Source: Candidatus Woesearchaeota archaeon
GTDB lineage: Archaea; Nanobdellota; Nanobdellia; Woesearchaeales; GW2011-AR9
Assembly: GCA_018303265.1 (NCBI GenBank)
Contig: JAGVYN010000013.1
Coordinates: 1 to 35,776, forward strand
DNA: 35,776 nucleotides
Reading direction: 5' to 3'
The position numbers and the translations under genes were made by a program. Shown here piece by piece: positions 17,901 to 26,900 of the stretch (position 1 is the first letter of the stretch; each line of letters begins with the position of its first letter). A model generated the notes under the pieces. It saw only the letters and a list, made by a program, of their open reading frames with translations. It ran no database searches and was not told the DNA's origin.

Positions 17901-20900
17901 TACTTCTTGTTCAGCTACATACTCTCTTTCTTCTGGAAGCGGCAATGGTTCTGTTTCGTGTTCTTTTCCAACATCATCCGTGATCGTGAAATCGCGTAAT
18001 TTTTGCTTGGTGGCTGCATCGTATAACGCGCAGGACGCAGGAGCGAGGGTATGGATTTTGAAGACTACTTCCTGCTCGGCGACCGCCCCTTGTAATGGAG
18101 GATAGACGATATCGATGCGTTTTTCTACATCAAAAGTATAGCTTTTCTTTTTTGTATTTTTGTTGCCCTGATCATCAGTACAGGCTGCTTCAAGAGTGTA
18201 GACAATGCCGTCCAAGTTTTCAAAAATCGCCTGTTTTTCTTTCTCCTCTCTGGAGATGGAACGTATTTGAGATGAGCCGGAAGGAAGAACCGGTGTTAAC
18301 GTAAACGTGCAGCTCATTAATTCGGTGGTCCCTTCCAAATATGCGGTTAACGTGGTGATTTCCCCAACCGTGTCAATCGTTTCCTGAATATTAAACTCAG
18401 GAGGGACATTATCAATCAAAACAAAGGCTTCCTGAAGCGCTTCCTGATTCAAAAATTTGTCTGTGGAATAAAATTGCAAGCGGTACGTATCCCCCGCAGC
18501 TTTTGTTTTTTCTTCCAGGGAACCAACAATATTAACGGTGACAGATTCTTTCTGAAGTTTTCCCGGATAAAGAACTTCTTTGAATTGGGAACAAATGCTT
18601 GGAGCATTGGCTTCTTCTTTTGTCAAACAGAACCATAACGAGCCCAATGGATTTCGCTGTCCAGCGTGTTCGTGGAAACTGTCATCGCCAGTGAACGTGA
18701 GATTAGAAAAGGCAAGGGAAAGAGTTGGCTGCGAGCTTAGTTCCGTTCTCGGGGGAGAAACATCATTGCGGCACGCCGCAAGTTCACTTCCGATGAATCC
18801 GGCGCAATCATCAAGAGCATCACCATTGCCATCTTTTACACAGCTTGCTCCCGCACCATTGGAACTTCCCTGCCATAAACAGCGCTGCCAGCCGCACTGA
18901 TCTGAGGAAAATGTAAACTGGTTATCAGCGCCTTTCTGCACACTTTGGCCGCCGGTACATTCTAATTCCGTTTCATACGTATAACAATTTCGTTCTGCGG
19001 TGGGTGTTTCTCCGCAGTTCTGGCAGGAAGTAAGGCCTGGTGCAGAGAAACATCGCCCTAAACTTGAACATACTTCTGCCGTGCAATAAAAATTTTCAAA
19101 CAATGTGGATGGGGGAGAGTCTGGGCCGCATAAAGAACACTTGTCATCTTTTTCATAATTTTCTTCCACGCAATACCCAGCGCCGGTTTCTTGCGTCACC
19201 AGTCCAGGAAGATTGAGGTTGATTAAAGAGTAATCCACGAGCAGGGATTCTTCCGCGCTATCAACCCATTGGCAATTTTTGGTTAAACAGCTGTTAATCT
19301 CACACGCATCCTTACTCTGGTAATCAAAACAACTTTCTATTTGCGTACAGCTCTTGCATTGGTTGATAATTGAAGTGGTGGAATCATAATAACAATAATT
19401 GGCTGCTTTGCCGCCGCTGGGATCATTCGTGCCATAGCACATCTCTTCCACATAATAAAGACCAAAAGGATCTCCTCCCAGACTGCACACGGCAGCATTC
19501 TTACATGAAGCTTGGCGAGGGGAAATTTTCGCGCAATAAGAATACTCCCCTTCGCATAACCACGCCGTTAATAGATTTTGATCGTTGCAGGTCCAGACTT
19601 GTTTCCTTTCTTCTTCCGTTCCTACAAGACAAAATGTTTCCCACCCTGAATTATCATGATACTTCCCTTCGCAGGCCTGATTGCCAACATTAATGGTATT
19701 TGACGAGACGGGGTTTGATTTCCTTCCTTTATCATACAATGCAGCAATTTGGTAAGTGTACTCTTCTCCCCATGAAACAGTGGTATCGATAAAAGAATTG
19801 GTGAAAGGAGATATTTCAAATGATTTCTCGACAGTAGCTCCTTTGACACGTTGGAGAGTGTAACCGATAACTTCCGGGCACGGTTTCACCCATTCAACCT
19901 TGAGTTGTTCTTTCCCTGGAACAGGAGAAACGACCAGTGATCCTACATCTTTCTCCGTCCCCGGCTCCGTACACTCTCCGACAAGCCGGATTAAGAGCAC
20001 GTTTTGCGAAACAGTTTGATCCGCAAGAACAGTTATGGTCTTTTTTTCAGAAACATAATCCTGATACGTGGCAGCAATGGTGTGTTCCCCTGTTGTTGCG
20101 ATTTCCAAGTTAAAATCTCCATCAGGAAATTGGGAATAGCCTTTAAACACGCCATCAACATATAATTTGACGCCGTACGTAGTTTCACCATCATCAGGCT
20201 GGTTATTTCCATTAACATCAACATAGGCCGTCCCCTGCACGCCCTGAGGGATTGTTGCGGTTAAGACCAAATCAAGAGTAAGAGCATCTTTGGCAGCGAC
20301 AGAAATTGTTTTTTTGTCTGCGCTGTAGCCAATTTTACTTGCCGTTATTTGATATTCTCCGGGAGAAACTTCAATGCTGTACGAGCCATCCGTGCTGGTC
20401 ACAAAACCGCTTTCAGGACCAGTCCAGGAAAGAGTTGATCCGGCCAGCAAATTGCTTTTCACATCCTTGATCACTCCAGAAATTGTTGCTGTTCCTTTCA
20501 CCACCAAGGTAAATTTCTGTTCTGCAGACTGGCCAGGGTTTAACGAAAGAGTCAGCATTTCGGAAACGTAGCCCGCGGCACTTGCCGTAATCGCTTCCGT
20601 TTTGGGACTTAAACCTGTAAAAGTAACAACACCAAGGGAATCTGTTTTCTTCTCAAGACCAGCGCTTTTTAACATGACAGAAGCACCCGCAATAGGTTGC
20701 CCTTCTTCTGTATTGACAGAAACAGTGAGCGTCGCGGTTTGAATTTCAACCTTGCAATATTGAGAAGCGCACTGTTCTTTCGTTAAGCCAGTAGGGTTAT
20801 AAAAATCATAATTTGCGATACCTGATTGGTCTGCTTTTTGATCACAGAGATATTTATTACTCAGAAAACTGCAATAGGACGTGGGAGTAGTAGGAATTTT

Positions 20901-21269
20901 ACAGCATCCTGCTGTACACCATAACTCGTATTCTTCATCAGAAACAGCCTGCCCTCCCACTTCCTTGGACGTACAGAATCCGGCGGGATGAGTTAGGCAA
21001 TCAATGTTGCAGGTTACGGGAACGCACTCGCTTAACGCGGAACAGCTTTGGGAAATAACATACGTTTTTTCGTCACATTCAGGATCATCCGCGCACTGGG
21101 CTTGAGCATCTTCATCATATTCTACACAATACAAATCATCGAGAAAGGTGCCAGCAATGTCGGTTCGGGGATAAAGTATACAAGAAGCTTGGGAAACCAC
21201 GAAAGAAGACAGCAATAGTAAAAATACACTTAAAACTACTACAATCATCCCTCTTTTTTTTACTACCAT
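14946..21269 (-). CDS. Giant (2107 aa) single-pass cell-surface adhesin-like protein
   Basis: N-terminal KKRG plus hydrophobic signal; Cys-rich N-domain; three carboxypeptidase-regulatory/CnaB-like beta repeats (ITASAAGY, YQITASKIGY, HTIAATYQDY); Fn3-like segment; long Cys-rich block; Ig-like repeats ending D..PP/AP; DxDxDG Ca-binding repeats; C-terminal TM followed by a basic tail of about 150 aa. Confidence 0.85.
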   Translation of the reverse strand: MVVKKRGMIVVVLSVFLLLLSSFVVSQASCILYPRTDIAGTFLDDLYCVEYDEDAQAQCADDPECDEKTYVISQSCSALSECVPVTCNIDCLTHPAGFCTSKEVGGQAVSDEEYELWCTAGCCKIPTTPTSYCSFLSNKYLCDQKADQSGIANYDFYNPTGLTKEQCASQYCKVEIQTATLTVSVNTEEGQPIAGASVMLKSAGLEKKTDSLGVVTFTGLSPKTEAITASAAGYVSEMLTLSLNPGQSAEQKFTLVVKGTATISGVIKDVKSNLLAGSTLSWTGPESGFVTSTDGSYSIEVSPGEYQITASKIGYSADKKTISVAAKDALTLDLVLTATIPQGVQGTAYVDVNGNNQPDDGETTYGVKLYVDGVFKGYSQFPDGDFNLEIATTGEHTIAATYQDYVSEKKTITVLADQTVSQNVLLIRLVGECTEPGTEKDVGSLVVSPVPGKEQLKVEWVKPCPEVIGYTLQRVKGATVEKSFEISPFTNSFIDTTVSWGEEYTYQIAALYDKGRKSNPVSSNTINVGNQACEGKYHDNSGWETFCLVGTEEERKQVWTCNDQNLLTAWLCEGEYSYCAKISPRQASCKNAAVCSLGGDPFGLYYVEEMCYGTNDPSGGKAANYCYYDSTTSIINQCKSCTQIESCFDYQSKDACEINSCLTKNCQWVDSAEESLLVDYSLINLNLPGLVTQETGAGYCVEENYEKDDKCSLCGPDSPPSTLFENFYCTAEVCSSLGRCFSAPGLTSCQNCGETPTAERNCYTYETELECTGGQSVQKGADNQFTFSSDQCGWQRCLWQGSSNGAGASCVKDGNGDALDDCAGFIGSELAACRNDVSPPRTELSSQPTLSLAFSNLTFTGDDSFHEHAGQRNPLGSLWFCLTKEEANAPSICSQFKEVLYPGKLQKESVTVNIVGSLEEKTKAAGDTYRLQFYSTDKFLNQEALQEAFVLIDNVPPEFNIQETIDTVGEITTLTAYLEGTTELMSCTFTLTPVLPSGSSQIRSISREEKEKQAIFENLDGIVYTLEAACTDDQGNKNTKKKSYTFDVEKRIDIVYPPLQGAVAEQEVVFKIHTLAPASCALYDAATKQKLRDFTITDDVGKEHETEPLPLPEEREYVAEQEVLCKELLTGETYNPDYFHFFVDRTAPKTQVLLREEQREEQPTSLEWEEFFVNTVAVDFECAEETGFGCEETYYCLEENSAECEFFIPQRYTQYVETVLLTNSTRLCYYSTDSAGNLPLQVVCGKVLIDGYGLVMEKPPQHYYQNTLWGVSDKPVFDWQFFTKIPTKECRFDFVPGFNYDATPPHRTRTANEEKKYLFQNFPESVFTSFKEDEIKTVYVQCKNNEDELGPEQKIILEYDPTSPKVTDAHAEPDEVFEGVTTTLFVTTDDKTICRYSDTGHTTYETMSFSFPGADEKILNKEHKDTYTLNYVGDTGIKDYLLNVQCKNGAGVLSEVEEIQVHVDYTKAGFIRSLNPSGFIGTKNVTLSVQTSKNAVCEYKFSDKSFSNNKSFSNKSSTPSYLPFATGAGTTVHTAPLPVLEEKEHVIPVKCQVGDQPEPLSEQIVFTVDLTPPVITAVDDGTFTCGNNNLKIIANSQEKSIAGYYYELYDIGSTLSSAAPAFTISPFTTSPTTSPFTSSLSTSLNISGKNSSSPIFVGDEAGEILVRNGTIGKNSSFTIFVGDLDAGRTYKVKVLAQDEAGNVGVFKDSDGFTIISKNDSRCAVDEVPVVTFTTDAETCTDVSLQMSCDSSVGCNEWKYGTHSSAELCLPAQEYNGQKISFTNDGAVCYYVVDNAGKNWSGVKETPFNDADGDHISDSCDECPSTDAGKIANEIGCADGQVPANQKFLDNDGDGLPNVWEGDFNALNCQLDSQNKDTDGNGKSDAEEDYDGDGYTNLREYSSGLNPCLADAPTLEVPLVTEEQALTLTMLLAWVFLLLGLLLLLGGSGYLIYYYLYSPQAKVPARPVVRGLPGVQVPGQPSLVKKTWRDQFTQLQKMREEKRKEKKRQELFAAFGKQSAQIPHVAEILQKKAPHLPRLDELAHRYQQDKAKISPGLRPEEKDIFSKLENIARQTEQKKIEEVVSKDEAKDIFTKLKEISKKRKEGAS
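16720..16772. repeat. Degenerate tandem repeat encoding KFSDKSFSNNKSFSNKSS
   Basis: ACGATTT core recurs three times at 15-18 nt spacing inside the giant gene. Confidence 0.55.
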
Positions 21270-21296
21270 CTCTTAACGTATAGAAGTGGGTTCTCG

Positions 21297-21304
21297 TTTA
21301 TAAA
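21297..21304 (-). promoter_or_regulatory. TATA box of the giant adhesin gene
   Basis: TTTATAAA about 28 nt upstream of ATG 21269, with purine-rich BRE-like GGAAGC upstream. Confidence 0.55.
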
Positions 21305-21382
21305 GCTTCCGAGATTAAAATAGACAGTAAAACCCTTATTTTTGTTGAATTTTTTAAAGGTGAGTGAAAAAAGAATTACCTA

Positions 21383-23917
21383 TTATCGGCATAAGCCATC
21401 AGGTTGGCATGTTCCTTCAAAAATGCCATCAAAATTATTATCGCATACGTTTCCTGCCGTACGATCTTGTTCTGTACATTCACAATGAACTTGAAGTGCT
21501 TCATCATTCGTGAAAAAATTTGTTTCCGCTCGAAGATTCATGTTATACAAAGTATCTTTGGCGACAGGGGCTCCAATCTCGGCCACGACTGGACCAGCAC
21601 ACACGCTAGAGCAACCCATTTTTCCATGACACCAGAGGTCATTCTGGCCATCATTATTAGAATCAGAAAAACCCCAAGCGAGTTGATCGTAACATTCTTC
21701 AACCACTTTATCACAGCTAAGGGATGTATCTTTGTTTCCGCAGCGCAATTCGTCATTCCATAACTGGGATTTTCGAAGAGTAGGATTCCCACAGATGTTC
21801 CCCCTTTGCCCGTCACAGTAATCTAATTTTTGTTCAAGAAGATACCCCTCATTGCCGGAGAGTGCGGTATATTCAGGAATGTTCCCTTCACAATCAGGAA
21901 GAGGACTCTCGAAACAGGATGTTCCTGCAGGGGCAACATCCCATTTGCCAGGAATTTCAGGAGTTCCCACACAACAAGTATGAGTCGCTTGAAATGGATT
22001 GGCAGTTTTTTCTATCTCTTTAAAATGAGTATTCCCTTCTTCATCAAATTCATACGTATACTCGTGATATGGATACGCCCACGGATTTGTGGGGTTTTTA
22101 TGTGGAACACAAGCGGTGACAGAAACAATGGCCTCTGCGCTTTGTGATTGGGCAAACGCACCACAATAATTTAGGTTATAATCAAGAACAAGTTTCCCTA
22201 AAACAAGCTCCCTGAATGGATGAGTGGTGAAATATGCCCGATCAAGAAAGTTTTTGAGATCCTCACCTGTTTCCGGCTGACCACCGCCTATTTTTTGTGG
22301 AATGTTCAGTGTTGTTAACTTCGTGCCAAGTTCGTCAAGGGGTGGTTCTGTCGTGGATGTTTCTATCGGAAAAGTAAACTCCTGGCCAGCAGCGATGTAC
22401 TGTAAAGATATTTCTTCAAGATCCTCAGTAAGGGAACTCTGCGGAAAGGTGACCTCAAGCGTGATGGGATCTTCCCGGGAAACAAAATAGACGCCCGAAT
22501 CAAACAGGTTTACATCTTGATAAATTGATTTTAAATCAAGATTCATGGTGATCGGTCGATCAACTAAAACGCGAACGGTTTGGGTATCTTCAAGATCTTC
22601 ATCCGCTGCTTTAGCGATGATCTTATACCACCCAGGGTTTCCAACTTCACGGGTGAAAAAAACATTGCCAAGAACATTGTCAGGATAAGTGCTGTCTTTA
22701 GTAAAATCCTCAGAGACAAAATCATACTCTACTGCATCTTCATCCGGATCTGAGGCATTTGCTACGATATTAATTTGGCCAAATTTCTCATCACCCGGAA
22801 TAACTAAATAATCATAACTTTTTTCTGGATTCCCGCCAAGAAGACACTGCGAACGGTGCACATAATCTAAAGCCGGAGGACGATTTTGACGCGCAATGCG
22901 AAATGTATACGGCTTATCTTTGACAATGTGAGGGACATCGCTGAAGATGAAGAAATCATCGCCTTGTTCCAAAGGAAGAATCTTTAAATTAAGATTCAGG
23001 TTTTTGTATTTTTCAAATGGCAAACTTCGCTTGCAAAGGTAATAGCCTTCCTGCGGCTCGCATCCTATAAATTGCTGTGTATTTCCATATTCAAAAAAAG
23101 GGCTTCGGAGGATCGCATCCGTATACTGAAAGTCGACAAATTTCTGATCATGCTCTAAAGGGAAGAGGATAGCGCTGTCCAATAATTGTTTAAATTTTGT
23201 GGGATGAAAGAAATCAAATTCGGAGAGTTGAAAAAATTCTTGATCGGCAAGCCGGAATTTCAAAGGATATGACACCTGGACGCTGATTCCTTCATCCAAG
23301 ATCGCCAGCTTCAGATCAATATCGGTTTCTTCAACTTTAGCTGTCGCAGAGATGTTGATGGCGACAAAATCTGTAACACAACTTACAGTTTGCTCGATAA
23401 GATATCGTTGCAAATCACTCTGGATTGAACCAGCGCGCAGCTCCAGTCCGCCAAATCCGACCGTGATATCAGGATATGTATATTGGCAAAATTCAGGAGC
23501 ATTTTCATCAGTAGCGCAGGGATACGCTTCCGGATACTGAAACGGTTCTTCTCCGCGTGTAATCCCATAAGCGATCTTCTCCTCATCCGGCCCGTAGGTG
23601 ATGCCCGTGATCCCCTCAGAGAAAGAAGTTAAGCCGCCTTGATCTTTCCAGATACGTCCTTGCTTTCCCAGCAAAATAAGCCCTTTTTCAATGCCATCAG
23701 CGAGGCAATCTTCAACGAAAATACGAAGAGCTTCTTTCTGGAACACCTTTGACAGAACTTTCTCCTGCTCGGTTTGCAGCTGTCCTTTTCGAAGCTGATT
23801 TGTCAGCATCAGAATAGAGAGAAAAATGAATAAAATGAGGATCCCGACAATTATGAATATAGTTATTTGAGCCCTTTTGGAGGAAACCCTATTTCTATCG
23901 CGCTTCTTTTTCCCCAT
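21383..23917 (-). CDS. Large class III signal peptide adhesin with Ig/PKD-like and Cys-rich domains
   Basis: KRA|QITIFIIVGILILFIF; FVEDCL...GKQG; NRPPAL...ANASDPDEDAVEY (Ig-like); Cys-rich C-terminus. Confidence 0.8.
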   Translation of the reverse strand: MGKKKRDRNRVSSKRAQITIFIIVGILILFIFLSILMLTNQLRKGQLQTEQEKVLSKVFQKEALRIFVEDCLADGIEKGLILLGKQGRIWKDQGGLTSFSEGITGITYGPDEEKIAYGITRGEEPFQYPEAYPCATDENAPEFCQYTYPDITVGFGGLELRAGSIQSDLQRYLIEQTVSCVTDFVAINISATAKVEETDIDLKLAILDEGISVQVSYPLKFRLADQEFFQLSEFDFFHPTKFKQLLDSAILFPLEHDQKFVDFQYTDAILRSPFFEYGNTQQFIGCEPQEGYYLCKRSLPFEKYKNLNLNLKILPLEQGDDFFIFSDVPHIVKDKPYTFRIARQNRPPALDYVHRSQCLLGGNPEKSYDYLVIPGDEKFGQINIVANASDPDEDAVEYDFVSEDFTKDSTYPDNVLGNVFFTREVGNPGWYKIIAKAADEDLEDTQTVRVLVDRPITMNLDLKSIYQDVNLFDSGVYFVSREDPITLEVTFPQSSLTEDLEEISLQYIAAGQEFTFPIETSTTEPPLDELGTKLTTLNIPQKIGGGQPETGEDLKNFLDRAYFTTHPFRELVLGKLVLDYNLNYCGAFAQSQSAEAIVSVTACVPHKNPTNPWAYPYHEYTYEFDEEGNTHFKEIEKTANPFQATHTCCVGTPEIPGKWDVAPAGTSCFESPLPDCEGNIPEYTALSGNEGYLLEQKLDYCDGQRGNICGNPTLRKSQLWNDELRCGNKDTSLSCDKVVEECYDQLAWGFSDSNNDGQNDLWCHGKMGCSSVCAGPVVAEIGAPVAKDTLYNMNLRAETNFFTNDEALQVHCECTEQDRTAGNVCDNNFDGIFEGTCQPDGLCR

Positions 23918-23939
23918 ACTAAAGGTAAAATTTAGCAGC

Positions 23940-23947
23940 TTATAAAA
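23940..23947 (-). promoter_or_regulatory. TATA box
   Basis: TTTTATAA on the minus strand, about 23 nt upstream of ATG 23917. Confidence 0.45.
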
Positions 23948-23969
23948 TTTGTTGATAATCTTCCCTAAT

Positions 23970-26900
23970 CTAACTTACCCTTACCTTTCCCGTCAGCTGC
24001 GGCCACAGGAGATCGAGATTAGAAATGGCTTCCACGTGCTGGATTGCCTCTTGTTGTATGCAGCTAAGTTGCTGCTGGCCGGCAGCTTCTTCTAACAGTT
24101 CGAGATCTTCAGGAAGATTAACATGAGTTACATATTCACAGACGGGCGTTTCAAAATTTTCATATTCCGCGATGAGGGTTTGTTTTTGAGGGGAAAATAC
24201 CTCGCGCACGGCACGAATGAATTTTTCGTCTTTTTTCAACAAGTAGACATCACGGAAATTTTGTACTTCTGCTACAAAGATTGATTCTTGTGAAAGTTCA
24301 CTTTCGACACCAAATAAATTCTTGATTTTTTCCCATACTTTTTCTACCAAACCAGGTTCCAGCGAAAAGCCTTCTTTTCCGTAGATAACAGCATTTAATT
24401 TTTGAGAGTACCACAAGTCGCCTTTGACGGCCGTTCCTGTTACATCGCATTTTACAAACTCATTTTCTCCGGATGGAGGGCATAACACTTTAATCTTGCC
24501 TTGAGGAATGCCTAAAGCCAGGAAAAAAGAATCCGGGTCGGTAATGTCCCTGTTTAACGTCGTGGCAAAGGACGTCTTTCCTTTGTGCTGCAAGACACAG
24601 AAATTGTTGACGCAGGTGTTTTCTTTTTCTGGAACGAGCCTCGCCCCTTCTTTGTCGAGAAGGGCATCAAAACAGACCGTCGTTACTTCCTGGCCGCCTG
24701 GGCTTCCTAACGTTTCGGCTAATCCGACTTTTCCCGCAGCGGCAACTTGCTTGATCCCTTCAAGATAATTTTCTTTTCCTGCTGTTTCCAGCTCAGCCTC
24801 ACGAAGGGAGGTGCAATACAGAACAAAATCATCATCACCGGCAACATTCACAAGCTCTTCAGCGACAAATTTTGTCCGTGACGTCCAGTTCCCTGCCTGA
24901 CAATAATTATCAAAAACATACTCGCCGGAATTAATACAAGAAGGATATTCTCCTTGATAAAAATCAGCCGTCGCCGCGTCAACGCTGGCGCTTTCCGTGC
25001 TGAGGACGAAACATTGATCTTCGCTATTGCAGAAACCGCTTTTTTCACGATTCCAGTCCTGTTTCAAAGGCTGGTATTTCCAGATGCCTTGGACACAGCG
25101 ATAATTGCGGTCATCGGGGAGATGTTCCACCAGCGCGGAGGCGCTCATGTCTTCAACACAAGCGTAGCCGTTCCAACAGGAATTTTGAGAACAGCAAGCT
25201 GCCCCGGAACGGGCATCAAAACCTGTGAGAGAAGGCTGGGACTTGTAATGATAAGGGGATTTTCCTTGGTTATCAACATATTGAAGCAGGGGTTGGAAGA
25301 TAGTGCAGGAATTAGATGTCCCTTTAAATTCAACGACAAGATATGAAGCATCGGCTGTACTAAATTCTGGCGGCGAAGCAATATTCCTGTTGCCATCTTT
25401 GTCAACAAGTGTTATTTGAATGTCAGAGCAGCTTCCGTTGTGGGAAAAGGATACATTCGTATTTTTTCCGATGGCAATTCGTTCAGACCGCAGTATCTCG
25501 CCATTATTAAGAGTTACTTTATTTTGAACAATTTTTTCTTTCTCATTCTGGACGGCAATTCCATCCGCTGCAAGAATATCCCAATGGGGAAGGATCTTCC
25601 CATCCAATCTAAATTCAGCATTGGGGAGAAAGTTTTGCCCGGGAAAGGCAAACGTGGAATAATTGCGCTCGCCGGCAGCAACGGATTGGTCTTTCAATGG
25701 GAATGGCAAGTTGGAAAAAAATGTGGTGAGATCGGACGTATCAATTTCTCCAACAGCATAACCAACTTTGGTTATCTCTTCAGCACTCCACGAATTGATG
25801 GTTGTAAAACGTTCTTTGTTTATTTCATGATCAACACTGTAGGAACAAAATGCTCCCCCCTTCACAGAACAATACGGAAGGTTGTTTTCTGGGTTTATTT
25901 TATTAATCCCTTCCAGAAAACTTGCGGCTTGGCAGCCATAAAAACCTTGATCGACATTCCCCTCAGCATCTTCTTCATTGACAAAAATGACTTGCTGGGC
26001 AGCTTTTTTCACTTTCACGTTCGCATCTTTATCGTACGTATTTGATGAGCCTACAGGGATCTCTCCTTCATTCGTAACAAAATAGAGTTCATACAAATCA
26101 GGGTTGGGATTGGTTACAGTGTAGAACGGTTCTCCAGGAAGTGGATACACACATTCTACATTCCCGCTGCAGGAATATTCCGGTTCCCAGGTTTTGCCTT
26201 GACTATTTACACTAAACTTAACATTCATTGTCGTCTCGCCAGGCGCGATTGGCTGTGAGTTCCAGCAGCCGTAATTATCCCTGGAATCATCTGCATAATA
26301 TTCTTTATCATCATTGCCGCAGCAGCGGCGGGCGGGAGCAACTACTTCTTCATCTCCCAGCCAGGCTATTCCTTGATATGCTGGATCGTCCTTAAAAAAA
26401 GGATCGTATAGAGCATTGCATAATTTTTCGCCGCTGATTTTATCTCCTTTCTGCCAATAATCCAAATCCGTCAGCCAAGAGCTTTTGCCCTCATCACTGC
26501 TATATTCGCCGGAACATATTTGCGGCTTTTCTCCCGAAGTAAGATAAGCATTCCTCACTTCAATCTCATTCTTTTCAGGAGAAGCGTCAATCCTCATGAA
26601 TTTAACATTGACCATCTCTGAAATTGGCACTTTAACATGAATCCAGCGATTCTCTTCGAGGACAGGATTGTTAGCAGCATAGCCTAGAACGCTGTCGTCA
26701 AAATAAACAACATTTTTGCCGTCATCCTGTTTTGGACCAAAGATGCTTAGCCGCACATTGGTGGGAACATCTTCTTCGAGATGAGTAAAACGAACATAAA
26801 ATTCAAGATAGGTCTCACCAATGAAGTCTGTTGGAGAATCTTCATAATAATCGGAATATACTTTGTCTAAATCAATCAGAACTTTGTTTGCGGGCATTGC

